From NCBI RefSeq assembly GCF_018350175.1, contig NC_058368.1, positions 96,536,001-96,600,000 of the forward strand: DNA of 64,000 nt, read 5' to 3'. Source of the stretch: Felis catus. Its lineage: Eukaryota. The position numbers and the translations under genes were made by a program. The notes beneath the pieces are model-generated. The model saw nothing but the letters and a program-made list of their open reading frames with translations, was not told the origin of the DNA and searched no databases. Below, in pieces: positions 50,043 through 63,340 of this stretch; the first letter of the stretch is position 1, and each line of letters opens with the position of its first letter.

Positions 50043-51416
50043 AATAATACTAACGGATTTGGACTATGGGGCAGCAGTAATTGCTTAGCTAGGTGGCCAG
50101 AGTCCTGGGAAGAAAAGATTTCAATGTTAGAGACAAGGATTTCTGGGAAAGAGCATGTGGATGCACCTATGGGAGAGTGCATGAAGGTAAAGATTATTGT
50201 GTCACATGTTAACACCGCCACCAAAGACTAATTGAACCAATTGATGTCAGTAAGCCTTGGCCATCGGCCACCCTAGTGCTTGCACGATGGGCTTGTGAAT
50301 ATAGTAGCCATGGTGGCCGGGGTGAAGGCTATGACTGGGCTTAATGGTGTACACTCCTCACCAAGGCTATCTACCTACTGCTGCTACTGAATGGCATACC
50401 TTCTAGCAATACTGACTAATAGTGAGTCCCAGATAGAACACCATTCTTTTAAGAGAACTAGACACTTGTTGCCAAGTTGACTCCAGTGGACTCCCTCTTT
50501 CCAAAAAGGGGCATCTATTCATATTGGTGGGGTTGAGATATATAATGAATATGGTTTTCTTAGCCAGTAATACCACCCAAGGTCTTGTAGAGTACTTAAT
50601 ACACCCACATCGTATATCTAAGATTATCTTATCTTAAATGAAGGGATCTATATTGTAGCAATTAGTACCATGACCATGGAATATACTATCCCATAAAATA
50701 CTATACCACCCAAAGGTACCAAAATGAAAAAGCAATGGAACAACAACGTGAATTCATTTCTGAATCAGTACCAGCATAGAGAAAAGACATTGCAAAACTA
50801 AGGCAACAACCTGCATGATTCAATATATTCCTTAAATCAAAGATCATCATTAGGTGCTGTGTCTCCAAACGGCAAAATAACTATTGGTTTAGGAACCAAA
50901 AGTTCAAAGTGGCAGTGACCCATTTACCATTATTCCAAGTAAACACTAGGATTCTTTGTTTCCCATCCTTTTACCTTACATTATATGAATTGAGGTCTTT
51001 GTTCTCTGGGGGGAGATACTTCAAACAGGGGAAACAATATGCATCCCATTAAATTTTAAGCTATAACTGCCACCTGGCTCCTTTTGCCAAGAGACCAGCA
51101 TGTAAGGAAAAGATTGACCACTTTAACATGGCAGTTGACTATGATTATCAGTAGGACATAAAGCTACTGTTATCCAGTGGGGCAGGTGATCCATAAGGAC
51201 ATCTTTAGGAACTCCAGTTCTTGAATTTGATAATAAATGCACAAGTAAAGCAGCAGAGTCTTAGGTCCCTGAGCGATTAGAATCTATTTCACTACTTAAG
51301 CCACCTAATCAAACAGAGATAGTGCTGATGGGGGGAAGATTTTAGAATGAAAAGTAGAGAAGAAAGATGATAAGTATCAGTTTCAGAACTGAGACCGGCT
51401 ATAGCATCATGGTTGA

Positions 51417-51510
51417 GAAAGAGGAAAGGAAAGGAAAGGAAAGGAAAGGAAAGGAAAGGAAAGGAAAGGAAAGGAGGGAGGAAGGAAAAAAGAAAAGAAG
51501 AAGAAAAGGG
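51417..51510. repeat. (GGAAA)n / purine-rich microsatellite
   Basis: Direct reading. Confidence 0.95.
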
Positions 51511-52479
51511 AACAACTAGAATACCAGAGTTATAGAAGATGGACTTACTATATGGAGCAAGTAAATAATGGTGATACCAGAGATGAATTATAGTGAATAT
51601 GTTGATGGGCTACCTAGAACTTCTTTAGGACAACTTATTCTCCCAGCTTTGGGGAGTGCTAATGAATGGGTGATCGATGGATCACAGAGGACTCCCTCTG
51701 CAGGAATCTGACCCTTCACCTGGGCAGTCCATATTTCTTGATTAGTGAATGTGAAGATATAGAGTTCAAGACATTTTGCTGCAGTTTAGGAAGAACCATT
51801 GCAACTTCAGAATTGCCCTTGAGATTGGCTTAGTTCTCTGTTGCATCTCCATGGCAGTTCAACTTCTCCCTCTGCCATTTCTTTGTTCCCTCTCTTCCTC
51901 ACACGTATTGTCTCTGAGAACTCTGCACACAAATTCTGGTCTCTGTCTTTTTCTTGAGGAACATAACAATAGACAGTACTAGTTAGGAAGCATCTAATTC
52001 AGATGTACTGAGGAGAAGGGAAATAGCTGTTTTTGAAACTTTTGGGTCTGACCCAGTATTAGGCTTCAGAATCTTGTAGAACAAAACACAAACAGTAACA
52101 ATAATAGAGAAAGAGAGTCAGAAGCCAAACAGAAAGAAAATAAACAAGAAAGTATAAAGAACAGCTATTTATGTTGGACACCTAATAGGTGCTCTCCCAC
52201 ATAAGTTTTGCACATTCAGACATATTTTATTGTCAACAATCACCTAAATTATTATCCCAATTTCATAGTAAAGAAACTAAAATTAGGGAATTTTAATAAC
52301 ATACAACTAGTAGAATTTCTATTACTGGAACACCCAACTGACTGATGGAATTCTCTCTAAAACCTCTTCTTCCATTTCTAAGAATAAAAGTTGAAGAAGA
52401 CAGAATTGGGAAGAGTGGTAAAGCCATATTAGGTTCTAGGCAATCAATAATAAGTAGCTCAAGGGTCAGAGGGTAACAG

Positions 52480-52790
52480 CTAATAAGGATAGCTAAGACT
52501 TATTGAATACTTCCTCTGTGTCATGCACTGTACTGGGCTATTTGTGTGGATTTTCTCATTTAATCCTAAGAACTCCTGCACAAGGAAAGGTAATATTATT
52601 AACTCATTTTACCAATGAGGAATTTCGGCCCACACAAATAGTATAGTCCGATGGTTCCCAAACTTCGCATGAAGGAACACTTGGAGAACTTGCTAAAACA
52701 CAGTGTATAAGGTTCTACTCCAAGAGTTTATTAACTAAAGATATGGAGCGGGTCTGTGAATTTGCACTAAAAAGCCCACATATTCCTTAC
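52480..52790. mobile_element. MIR fragment followed by a MER5-like fragment
   Basis: atagctaagacttattgaatac..ctcatttaatcct; gatggttcccaaactt..ggagaacttgctaaaacacag. Confidence 0.55.
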
Positions 52791-53406
52791 TAAATAACAC
52801 ATTTTTTTACAGAACTAAAACCAAACCCTTTGTGCCAAACCCCTCAAATAGTGTGAAGGTTAACATTTTTCCTAACATAAATAAAATTCTCCTAACAGGT
52901 GTACCCAAGTAAGTAACTAACAATTTATTTCCAAAGGGAGATTGTGCTATAAGAGACACAGAGATTGAAGCACTCTCCCGAGATAGTACGTGGTACACAC
53001 TAAAAGCCCTTAGGGACAAAGTTGTGTCAGAAAGCTGCTAGGTGTCATGTGAGAAAGAAGAGAAGTACCAGGAAGTGTAAAAAGTGGTAACAACTTCACT
53101 TACTGAAATTTCCCCTTACTTTGGCCTTAAAAGTGGGCCCAGTGGTTTTTGTACATTCTCTGGAATTAGAAGAGAGATGAGTGGAGTCTCTCTTCTAAGT
53201 GGGGATTACAGTTACTTAGATCCCACTTCCTGAGTCTGTAAAAGAGGGACAAGATGTATAACCTCAAATAGTACACAGTGTTTTTAGAAAAACATGGTTT
53301 ACAGTCATATAACCATTAGAAGACGGCAACAAACAGATTATGATCAGGTAGACAAAACTCTCACAGAGTTAGTGTTAGTAGAAGCCACAAAGAATAAAGT
53401 AGGGAG

Positions 53407-54616
53407 TGCGTGCATCTCTTTGAATTAGTATATTTGTATAATTTGGATAAATATCTAGTAGTTCAGTGGCTGGATTTTAGGGTAGTTCTATTCTTAACTT
53501 TTTGAGGAACCTCCATACTGTTTTCCAGAGTGGCTGCACCAGTCTGAATTCCCACCAACAGCACAGGAAGGTTCCCCTTTCTCTGCATGCTCACCAACAC
53601 CTGTTGTTTATTCTGTTGTTGATTTTAGCCATTCTGACAGGTGTGAGGTGATATCTCTCTATGGTTGTTATTTGTATTTCCCTGATAATGAATGATGTTG
53701 AGCATTTTGTGTGTGTGTGTGTCTGCTAGACATCTGGATGTTTTCTTTAGAGAAGTGTCTCTTCATGTCTTCCACTTTGTAATTGGATTATTCATTTTAT
53801 GGGTTTGAGTTTTAACCTTTTATCAGATACATCATTTTCAAATATCTTCTCCCATTCCATAGGTTGCCTTTTAGTTTTGGTGACTGTTTCCTTCACTGTA
53901 CAGAACATTTTTGTTTTGATAATGTACCAATAGTTTACTTTTGGTTTTGTTCCTCTTGTCTCAGAAGACATATCTAGTAAGAAGTTGATACAGCCAATGT
54001 CAATGAGGTTACTGTGTTCTCCTCTAGGATTTTAATGTTTCTTCACATTTAGATCTTTCGTCCATTTTGAATTTATGTTTGTGTGTGGTGTAAGAAAGTG
54101 GTCCATTTTCACTTTTTTGCTTGTTGTTGTTCAGTTTTCCCAACACCATTTTTTGAAGAGACTGTCTTTTTTCCCATTAAATATTCTTTACCACTCTGTT
54201 GAAGATTGATTGCTCATAGAGTTCTGAGTTTGTTTCTGGGTTTTCTATTCTGCTCTATATTGACCTATGTGTCTCTTTCTGTGCTAGTACTATACTATTT
54301 TGATCACTATAAAGGAATACACGCACCCCAATGGCTACAGAAGCATTATCCACAAGAGCCAAATTATGGAAACAGCCCAATTGTCCATCAACTGATGAAT
54401 GGATAAAGAAGATGTGGTGTATAAACACAATGGAATATTACTCAGCCATAAAAAATGAGATCTTGCCATTTGCAACAATGTGAACAGAGCCAGAGAGTAT
54501 TGTGCTAAGCAACTTAAGTCAGTCATAGAAGACAAATGCCATATGATTTCACTCATATTTGGAATTTAAGAAACAAATGGGCATAAGTGAAAAAGAGAGA
54601 GGGAGGGAGAGAGGGA

Positions 54617-54674
<58 letters not shown>

Positions 54675-54896
54675 CAGGCAAGCCAAGAAACAGACTTTTA
54701 ACTATAGAGAACAAATAGATGGTTACCAGAGAGAAGGTGGATGGGGGCTGGGTTAAATAGGTGATGGGTACTAAAGAGTGGACTTGTTATGATGAGCACC
54801 TGGTGTTGTATGGAAGTGGTGAATCACTATATTGTACACTTGAAAGTAACATAACATTAGACGTCAACTAACTGGAATTTAAATAAAACTTAAAAC
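53407..54896 (+). mobile_element. Carnivore L1 with 5' inversion (53407-54310 antisense, 54311-54896 sense)
   Basis: Antisense ORF2 segment joined to sense ORF2 end and 3'UTR; TSD aataaagtagggag / aatcaagtagggag. Confidence 0.9.
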
Positions 54897-55279
54897 AATC
54901 AAGTAGGAGGACGTCAAGGTGGAAGCATCAGCTCTCAGCCCTGGGCCTCCCAAGAGAATAGAATTCAACAAAAGGAAATGGGTGAATTCACCTGCAGGCA
55001 AGCACTTTAAAATGAAAACTTAACACTCTAGCACCTTGGACAGAGCATGAGATCCTCTCATACTAATTAATGATTACTGGGCATACTAGGCAATTATATA
55101 CAAGTAGATATAAATGACCAAATTTATTTTGAGGAAGGAGAAATACTATATCCTTTAGAAGATTATTCTTATGAGAAGCTGAGAATACTTTCAGATGTTT
55201 TGCTCATCACTGCACCCCTTGGTGGGGTGCAAATGTAATTAAACAGAAATTACCTCCATCACTCTTTGTTAAGTCACAT

Positions 55280-55288
55280 TTATTTTAT

Positions 55289-55325
<37 letters not shown>

Positions 55326-55547
55326 ATGAATGGGGAAGAAGGGAAGATGAAGAGAAAGGGAGAGAAGAAAGTAAGGAGAGAGAGAGGGGAGAGACAGAGA
55401 GAGAGCGCGCGTGCATATGAATCCCAAGCAGACTTCACACTCAGCATGGAGGTAGGCATGTGGCTTGATCCCATGAACCTGGGATCATGACCTGAGCCAA
55501 AAATAAGAGTTGGACACTCAACTGACTGAGCCAACCAGATGCCCACC
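55280..55547 (-). mobile_element. SINEC with expanded purine tract
   Basis: Antisense head and tail. Confidence 0.88.
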
Positions 55548-55773
55548 AACTTCCCAATCACTTTTAAAGTGAGATGACTTTGGCCCCTTTTCCAAAATAG
55601 TCACATATTGTATATTTTTGTTTTTTCACAACCAGTGTTTTCTTCTTAAAGTAGGTATATTTTTCCATCGCACCATTTAGGGATTAGTTATCTAGTCTGT
55701 GTTCAGGGGAATAAAATAACCACAACTTGGAAATAAGACAAAAAGAAGAGTTGTATTTTTTTAAATGTTATAC

Positions 55774-55970
55774 GAGACTATTTCCAACAAGACTGCCTGA
55801 GGGTCATCTGATTCTCTCATGGGATAGAATTTTGATTTACTATTCACAGTTGATTAGGGTTTACATGTCTTATAACTGTAAATGAGAAGGTGATTTATAG
55901 AAAACGAACAGGGGGTGTTTTTTTTCTGTTTGACAGAGAAGATATCCCCCAAAGGTTACAGCTTTTTGCC
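55774..55970 (-). pseudogene. Candidate pseudo-exon: (G)QKAVTFGGYLLCQTEKKHPLFVFYKSPSHLQL*..
   Basis: Acceptor taatatcctacag|G, phase 1; 3' end uncertain. Confidence 0.35.
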
Positions 55971-56114
55971 CTGTAGGATATTAATGAATCTGTATCAGAC
56001 TAAGCAATCTTATTCTGAATTTCTTTTTCCACTGACCTTATAAATCTGAGATTCTCATATCCTTATGTGATCACCTATGTCATCCTCTATTAATGACATG
56101 TGATAACTACTCAC

Positions 56115-56309
56115 CTGAACATTATTTTTTAGCAATTTGAAAATCACACATTTTCATGAACATTGGATGAATTCATGTTCAAAACTTTTATGTACATTTT
56201 TCCACCTCTCATTTTAAACTTTGCTGGGAGGCAATGGTTTGGATGAAGCCAAAACGAACATAGTAAGGTCTACAATTGTATCAGGCAACAAGACTATGAT
56301 TCTTGCAAC
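56115..56309 (-). pseudogene. Pseudo-exon: (G)CKNHSLVA*YNCRPYYVRFGFIQTIASQQSLK*.. (alternative frame VARIIVLLPDTIVDLTMFVLASSKPLPPSKV*NERWKNVHKSFEHEFIQCS*..)
   Basis: Follows a 112-nt intron; acceptor ccccacaattttcaaag|G, strong donor CAG|gtgagt; 195 nt. Confidence 0.6.
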
Positions 56310-56421
56310 CTTTGAAAATTGTGGGGTATTAATAAATATTTTCACCCAAGAATTTAAGAAGTCTTAGATCAGTTAAATCAACTAAACTGCTCCCTTGCAA
56401 CAGACCTATACTCTGTCTTAC

Positions 56422-56470
56422 CATGGACTTGTGAATATTTGTAGCTCAGTTAAACAAACACTGATTTACA
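56422..56470 (-). pseudogene. Pseudo-exon: CKSVFV*LSYKYSQVH(G)
   Basis: Very strong acceptor tatacctcttccttttctccag|T, donor ATG|gtaaga; 49 nt, phase 0-1. Confidence 0.6.
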
Positions 56471-57267
56471 CTGGAGAAAAGGAAGAGGTATAAAGCATAG
56501 TCCATGCCCTTGTAGACATTCTTAGAGTTTAATCCATTCACTGATTTATTTCATATGTATTTATGAAGTGCCTCCTAAGTGTCCACCCTTGCTTGATAAA
56601 AGCAGTAAACATTTTTTTCTGCTTCTCACTGAGGATACTTTCCAGAAAAGTGGGCAAGAGACAAAAATAGATGTACAAAACAGTCAGGTGTTGATACGTG
56701 CTGTGAAGAGAACTCAAAAGAAGTAAAAGCCATTTCATATGTGGTTGGGATGTGTGTTTATGGTGTGGGGGTTTCTCTGAGGAATTTTACATGTGAGCCA
56801 GGAGCAGAATCAACTGACAGGATAATGTTCCTCTTAATTTACATTGGTCCAAAAAAAGTGATGTTATAAATATTCATTGTCTGTCTTACAGAAACATTGT
56901 AAGAAAATATTTTAAATATGTAAATCATCACCAAGTGATAGGTGAGAAATAATCTAGCCAAAATAGAATTTCTATTATAACATCATCTATAAATTGATTC
57001 TAAAAGTTAAAAACAATATGAATTTTTGTCTTTATATAAATACAGTTAGCTACACAATAAAGAATAAGAGAATTTCTATTTTTCACATCAGAATCTCTTT
57101 GATTCCTAGAGTCAAAGTCAAAATAATGACCTTTTCTTTTTTCCTATAATTCCTCAAATTCATGTCAAAATTTATCTTGCTTATGTTAAAAATAATAATC
57201 CCTAACCTTGGGTACACATTGGAATCACCTAGGGAATTTTAAATACATATAAATTTCCTGGATCCCC

Positions 57268-58186
57268 CAAAACAACTAATTCAGTTAAAAAATGGGCAGA
57301 AGACATGAACAGACATTTTTTCAGACTTCCAGATGGCTAACAGACAAATGAAAAGATGCTCATCATCACTCATCATCAGGGAAAAACAAATCAAAAGTAC
57401 AATGAGATATCACCTCACACCTGTCAAAATGACTAAAATTAACAACACAGGAAACAGATGTTGGCAAGGATGTGGAGAAAGGGGAACCTTCGCACTGCTG
57501 GTGGGAATGCAGACTGGTACAGCCACTATGGAAAACAGGATGGAGTTTCCTCAAAAAGTTCAAAATAGAACTACACTATGACCCAGCAATTTCACTACTA
57601 GATATTGATCTAAAGGATACAAAAATACTGATTCAAAGGGATACATGCACCCTGATGCTTATAACAGCAATATCAACAGTAGCTAAATTATGGAAAGAGC
57701 CCAAATGTCCATCAACTGATGAATGGATAAAGAAGATGTGGTAGGGGCACCTGGATGGCTTAGTCGGTTAAGCGTCCGACTTCGGCTCAGGTCATGATCT
57801 CACGGTCTGTGAGTTTGAGCCCCGCGTTGGGCTCTGTGCTGACTGCTCAGAGCCTGGAGCCTGTTTCAGATTCTGTGTCTCCCTCTCTCTGACCTTCCCC
57901 ATTCATGCTCTCTCTCTGTCTCAAAAATAAATAAACGTTAAAAAAATTAAAAAAAAAATTAAAAAAAGATGTGGTATATATTTATATACACAGACACACA
58001 ATGGAATATTACTCAGCCATATAAAAGAATAACATCTTGCCATTTGCAATGATGTGGATGGAGCTAGACAGTATTATGCTCAGCAAAATGTCACTTAAAG
58101 AAAGACAAATACCATATAATTCCATTTGCATGTGGAATTTAAGAAACAAAACAGATGAACATAAGGGGGGGAGGTAGAGTGAGAGT

Positions 58187-58217
<31 letters not shown>

Positions 58218-58269
58218 GCAAACCATAAAACAGACTCTTTTTAAAAAAAAGTTTTAAATGTTTTTATTT

Positions 58270-58320
<51 letters not shown>

Positions 58321-58700
58321 AGCAGAGGAGGGGAAGAGAGAGAGAGGGAAAGAGAGAAATCCAAGCAGGCTCTACATGTCAATGCAGAGCTTAATGTGGG
58401 GATCAAACCCACAAACCTCAAGATCATGACCTGAGCCAAAATCAAGAGTTCAGTTTCTTAGATGACTGAGCCACCTAAGTGCCTCAAACAGACTCTTAAC
58501 TATAGAGAACAAACGGAGGGTTGATGGAGGGTGGTTGGGGGATTAGTTAAATGGGAGATGGGCATTAAGGAGGGTGCTTGTGATAAGCACTGGATGTTGT
58601 ATGTAAGTAATGAATCACTCACTTCTACACCTGGAACTAATATTACACTTATTGTTATCTAACTAGAATTTAAATAAAAACTTGAAAAATAAGGGGGAAA
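57268..58700 (+). mobile_element. 5'-truncated carnivore L1 splitting a MER5-like MITE; nested SINECs at 57744-57968(+) and 58250-58485(-)
   Basis: ORF2 C-terminus [17 protein letters not shown] aaat(t/g)cctggatccc; MITE halves 57200-57267 and 58700-58812. Confidence 0.92.
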
Positions 58701-58999
58701 AATGCCTGGATCCCAACACCAGATTCTGATGTAATTGAGATGTAGTCTGAGCACTGAAATTTTGATGGCTCCCCAGGTGATCTTCATGTGTAGCCAAAGT
58801 TAAGAAGCACCCATATAAACCATAACTTCACCAGGCAGTTTCCTCCTCTGTTCACTCCTACCACATCCACCCCCAGATTTTCTAATTGCCTTTTAGTTTG
58901 TTGACAGAAGAATCATCACATTAAAAACATTTTCTAAGTCTTACTAGCCCTTCCTATTAACCTATTCCATTTTACTCTTTATTTTTAACATTGGGTTCT

Positions 59000-59232
59000 T
59001 ACTTTTTTTAATTTGTTCAATGTTTATTTTTAAGATAAAGAGAGAGACAGAGTGTGAGTGAGGGAGGAGCAGAGAGAAAGAGGGAGACACAGAATCCAAA
59101 TCAGGCTCCAGGCTCGGAGCTGTCATCACAGAGTCCCATGCAGGGTTCAAAGCCACAAATCATGAGATCAACACCTGAACCAAAGTCAGATGCCTAGTGA
59201 CTGAGCCACCCAGGCACCCCTATCATGTTCTT

Positions 59233-59276
<44 letters not shown>

Positions 59277-59445
59277 ACATGTGTGTGTAAGCAGGGGAGA
59301 GGCAGAGGAAGAGGGAGAGAATCATAAGCAGACTCCATGCTCAGCACAAAGCCTGAAGCCGGGCTTCATCTCATGACTATGAGATCATGACTTGATCCAA
59401 AGTCGTGAATTGGACTCTTAACAACTGAGCCACTCAGGTGTCCCC
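59000..59445 (-). mobile_element. Two tandem antisense SINECs (59000-59220, 59230-59445)
   Basis: Two heads; outer TSD ccattttactcttta. Confidence 0.9.
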
Positions 59446-59449
59446 ATTT

Positions 59450-61320
59450 TACTCTTTACATCTCAAGACTTTTTATTTCCTAAGGGCTCATAGAGTTCCT
59501 TTTTTAATTTGAATTAATCACTTTCTAGACTTATACATCACTAATGTCCTAGAATTTCTTTGCATTGAGCTTTTAGTTCGGTTCTACAGTTTCACTAGGT
59601 CATGCTTTCCTCTCCTGGTTTTGCCCTTGTTTTGCGGGAATATACCTCAAATTACTTCTTTAGGAATGGTGTATGGGCATCCATTTTTGGTCATTGTAGA
59701 TCTGATGGTTTCAACTCTACCTTTATATTTGATTCATAATTTAGTTGTGTACAGAATTGTGAGTTCAAAACAATATTTCGTTGAAAACTTAAAGATATTG
59801 TTCTACTTTATTCTAACATCTAATGCTGCTGATGAGAAATAAGATGTGTTTACCTCTTCTTGCTAATTCATTTATTTCTGAAACAATTTTACCGTATTTT
59901 CCATATAAATCTTGCCACTTGTAACAATGTGGCTGGGACTTGAGGGTATTATGCTAGGTGAAATAAGTCAGTCAGAGAAAGACAGATATCATATTTTCAC
60001 TTATATGTGGAATGTGAGAAGCTTAACAGAAGACCATGGGGGGAAGGGAAGGGGAAAAAAAAAGTTACAGAGAGGTAGGCAAACCTTATGGTTCTCTTAA
60101 ATACAGAAAACAAACTGAGGGTTGATTGGGGGCAGGGGAGAAGGGAAAACGAGTGATGGGCATTGAGGAGAGCACTTGTTGGGATGAGCACTGAGTGTTG
60201 TATGTAAGTGATGAATTGTGGGAGCCAAGAGCACACTGTATGTACTGTATGTTAGCTAACTTGACAATAAATTATATTAAAAAAATTAATTAAATTAAAT
60301 TAAATCAAATTAAATTCTGGATGCTTTCAGAAAATAAAGTAAAAACTTTTATTATATATTCTAAATTATATCCTAATATATTCTAAATTATCTTTACCTT
60401 TGCTAAACCTTCTATTGAACAAACATAATTTTTAATTTCCATATTCTTTTTACTCTTTTTCTTAATCCTTCTTTCTCTTAACATCCTGTTCATGTTATGT
60501 GGGCACCAGGTCATACTGAATTACTCTGAGGATACTGATAGGATTTTTTTCCCCTCTTCTGTCTTCTGAATTTTCACATTTTCCTCTGGGATCACGTCTA
60601 TTTGCTCATTTTGCTCTTTCTTTTTCATAATGTTTATTTTCTTCAATGGTGACTTACTGTTTTCCTTTTAAGGTTAAAAATGAGGTGGTAGAAAACTTAA
60701 CTGAAGGATCTAAGTACATAGGCTTAGCGTGACTTGGAGGATGTGGTTTGCCTACAAAGGGATGAGTAGTTTTTCACTATGTCGGAATTTTTGAAAAGTC
60801 AGAATAAGGAGGGCATCACTTTGGAGACCAACATCCACCCTACTTCTTTGATCTGGTAATCTCTTTGGAAAAGAACCTTCCTTTTTACTAAGGAGGTACA
60901 TGTCAAGATGTGGATAAAGTGGAACAGAAGAAGGAGGCAAGAGAAGAAGTGGACCATATGCTACAGGCTCCATGAATAGACTTTCAATTAATCACCTATT
61001 TGTAGCCTCTTCTCCTATTGCCATGTGAACCCAAATCTGGAGTTTCTCTTGGTGCTGCAAGGAGAGATCATCTGTTTCCTTTCTCTGTGGGTGTCCTTTT
61101 TGGTATTCTGGGCTATGACTCCATTCTCTCTGCTTCATTTGTTTAAACACTACCATCTGACTTCTGTCCAGAAATCTGTTGAAATCTATCATTCAGCAAG
61201 AATATTTCTCCATCATAATTTCTTTATTGGTTTGGACCTATGCCTTTAAAAATTCTTTTCTTTGCTATTACATTTATTTGGTCTTAGATGAAGGGAGACC
61301 AGTAAGTATGTTTACTGTGC
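59450..61320 (-). mobile_element. Old L1M/HAL1-like remnant (antisense) with a sense carnivore L1 3' end at 59905-60315
   Basis: T-rich ORF1-like antisense sequence; tcttgccacttgtaacaatgtggctggga..gatgagcactgagtgttgtatg. Confidence 0.6.
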
Positions 61321-61384
61321 CATCTAGAGTCAGAGGAATCGAGTTTTCATTCTTAACATGTATCTGTCATAATTTAAATTTTAC

Positions 61385-61443
61385 CTGAAGAAAGTCTTCC
61401 CCAAAGAGATTGTTTTGATAATAGCTGGAGAATCCATTTACAA
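61385..61443 (-). CDS. Open exon: (V)VNGFSSYYQNNLFGEDFLQ (unknown product)
   Basis: Acceptor taattcacctgtcag|T, donor CAG|gtaaaa; 59 nt, phase 1-0. Confidence 0.45.
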
Positions 61444-61625
61444 CTGACAGGTGAATTACATCAAGAGTTTTACCCTGTTATAGACTGTAACCCATTAAGG
61501 GCTTTAAATCCAGATTCTGTTTTATGTAAAGTAGATGCTAGGATCAGAAGAGAGCTGCTTATTCTGAATATGCAGAGGTCAGCTCATGAGCCAATGTTTG
61601 CAGACATGGCTGGAGAATCCTGATT

Positions 61626-61846
61626 CTTTTTTTTTTAATGTTTATTTATTTGTTTAGAGAGAGTGTGTGCACATGTGCATGCACAAGCAGGGGGAGGGGG
61701 CAGAGAGAGGAGAGAGAAAGAATCCCAATCAGGCTCCACATTTTAGCATGGTGCCCAACACAAGGCTCCATCTCATGAACTGTGACATCATAGCCTGAGC
61801 TGAAATCAAGAGTCGGCCACGTAACCAAGTGAGCCCCCAAGTACCC
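61626..61846 (-). mobile_element. SINEC
   Basis: TSD agaa..ctgattctt. Confidence 0.88.
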
Positions 61847-63088
61847 AGAAGGCTGATTCTTAAAAGTTGGTAAGCTGACTTCTCCTGACAGACAGCAGCC
61901 ACATAGTCTCTCCCTTTAGTCTCAGCTTTATTCTCACTTCCTAGAACCAATTCAACATGAGACAGTAAGAAGAGCACGGATTCAAATTCCAAAAGTCAGT
62001 AATGTCACATCTCTCCTTGCCCAGCTCTGGGATGCTATTTTATTTCATCCTATGTAACCTCTGTAATTACCCCTTCCCACAAGTCCTTTCTGCTCAGTTG
62101 TGTATTCTCTCAGGATCCAGTCAGGGACGGGGCTGTGTTCGGCTTCACACCCCCTTCTCAGAGGCTGGACACCTGTGCATTCACCGAGCCATTCTGCCTA
62201 ATGCGACATCATGCCTGCCCATGAATCAGGTGCCTGAGATTCCACACCTTTTGCTCCTACGTTGGCACAGAACTCCTCCAATGCAGCTTCCCTGTCACCA
62301 TTCATGGTGACCCATGGTTATGTTCTTTAAGCACCGTGCTTGCCAACCCACCTGAACACCTGTCACCATCTTCTGATCATTATTTTCCAGGATTTATCTA
62401 GACCCATAAACATAGTACAGGTCACTTTACACACAGTTTGGAGGTGAAACAAAGATGACATATTGTGAGGATGAGAAATTAACCAAAACAACATTAAAGC
62501 CCCATTTCTAACGATCTTCACTGCCTCCTCCCCAATTCTAATCTTCTAGTCCTTTAGCCCTACTATGGTCTCACTTGTGAAGGAGAATGATGGGGGCTAG
62601 GTGTGGGTTGGGTAGACTTGGGACTCTAACAAAAACACATTCTGTAACTATGGCACAGTACATGCTCTCTGCCCAAGAAGGGAGAAAATGGTATTACTAC
62701 CTCAGATGGTTCTTGAGAATTATTGGAGATTATATACTGTTAGCTCCTAGAATAATCCAGATATTCATTTTGGCTCTCTTTTGTCATGCCCTCTTTGGAC
62801 ATGTTCATGCTTGTGTTGAGCCCACTCAACTCACTAACTTTGCTGGTATGAACATGAGTGTGTGACCCTGGTCTGAGCACTTTGTGTGATGTCCTAGATT
62901 CTGGATTTTGTTCCCATCTAAAAAGAAGGACCTAAGTCCTAAGCAGCTGCTTCTAAACACCAGGCCATTTTAATCACTTTAGACTGATAAAAATTTATAC
63001 TGTAATTTATTTTTATAAAATCAGAGTTAATCATTTTAGGAAAAGACCGTTTCCTGTTATTGTGAATAAATGACAACTGAATATTTAC

Positions 63089-63176
63089 CCATAAAAGAAT
63101 ACTGGTGACATTTTTTGGGCTGAGAACCAATAGTAAGGTTTTGGAAAAACTCTTCATTTAAAATTGGAAAATTTTC
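63089..63176 (-). CDS. Open exon: ENFPILNEEFFQNLTIGSQPKKCHQYSFM (unknown product)
   Basis: Follows a 164-nt intron; acceptor tattatacag|G, donor ATGG|gtaaat; 88 nt, phase 0-1. Confidence 0.5.
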
Positions 63177-63340
63177 CTGTATAATACTAGGTGTGTTTAA
63201 TCAGAGTCTTACATAGCTTCTCCTAAATAATTACAGAAAAAGTTTCCAAATTAGAGTGGTAAGGATATTGCAACAGTTTTTCAGGGACAATATGTCAGTG
63301 CTAGATAAGTACTGTCTGGGGAACAAAAATAACAACTTAC

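Larger units (their letters stand above)
47686..51975 (+). mobile_element. Two-LTR ERVL proviral remnant (LTR16/HERV16-like)
   Basis: 5' LTR ~47686-47930 plus ~49035-49081; 3' LTR ~51590-51975. Internal pol relic 50045-50900 reads ..LARW..SW..K..DK..WG..MW..VKIIVSHV.. and WACEYSSHGGRGEGYDWA*, ERVL RNase H and integrase HHCC-type motifs. Confidence 0.75.

Noticed and set aside
53103..53235. Minus-strand exon candidate with strong acceptor
   Set aside because: The acceptor lies in a MIR-like motif (catctgtaaaatgggg-type) and there is no coherent frame.
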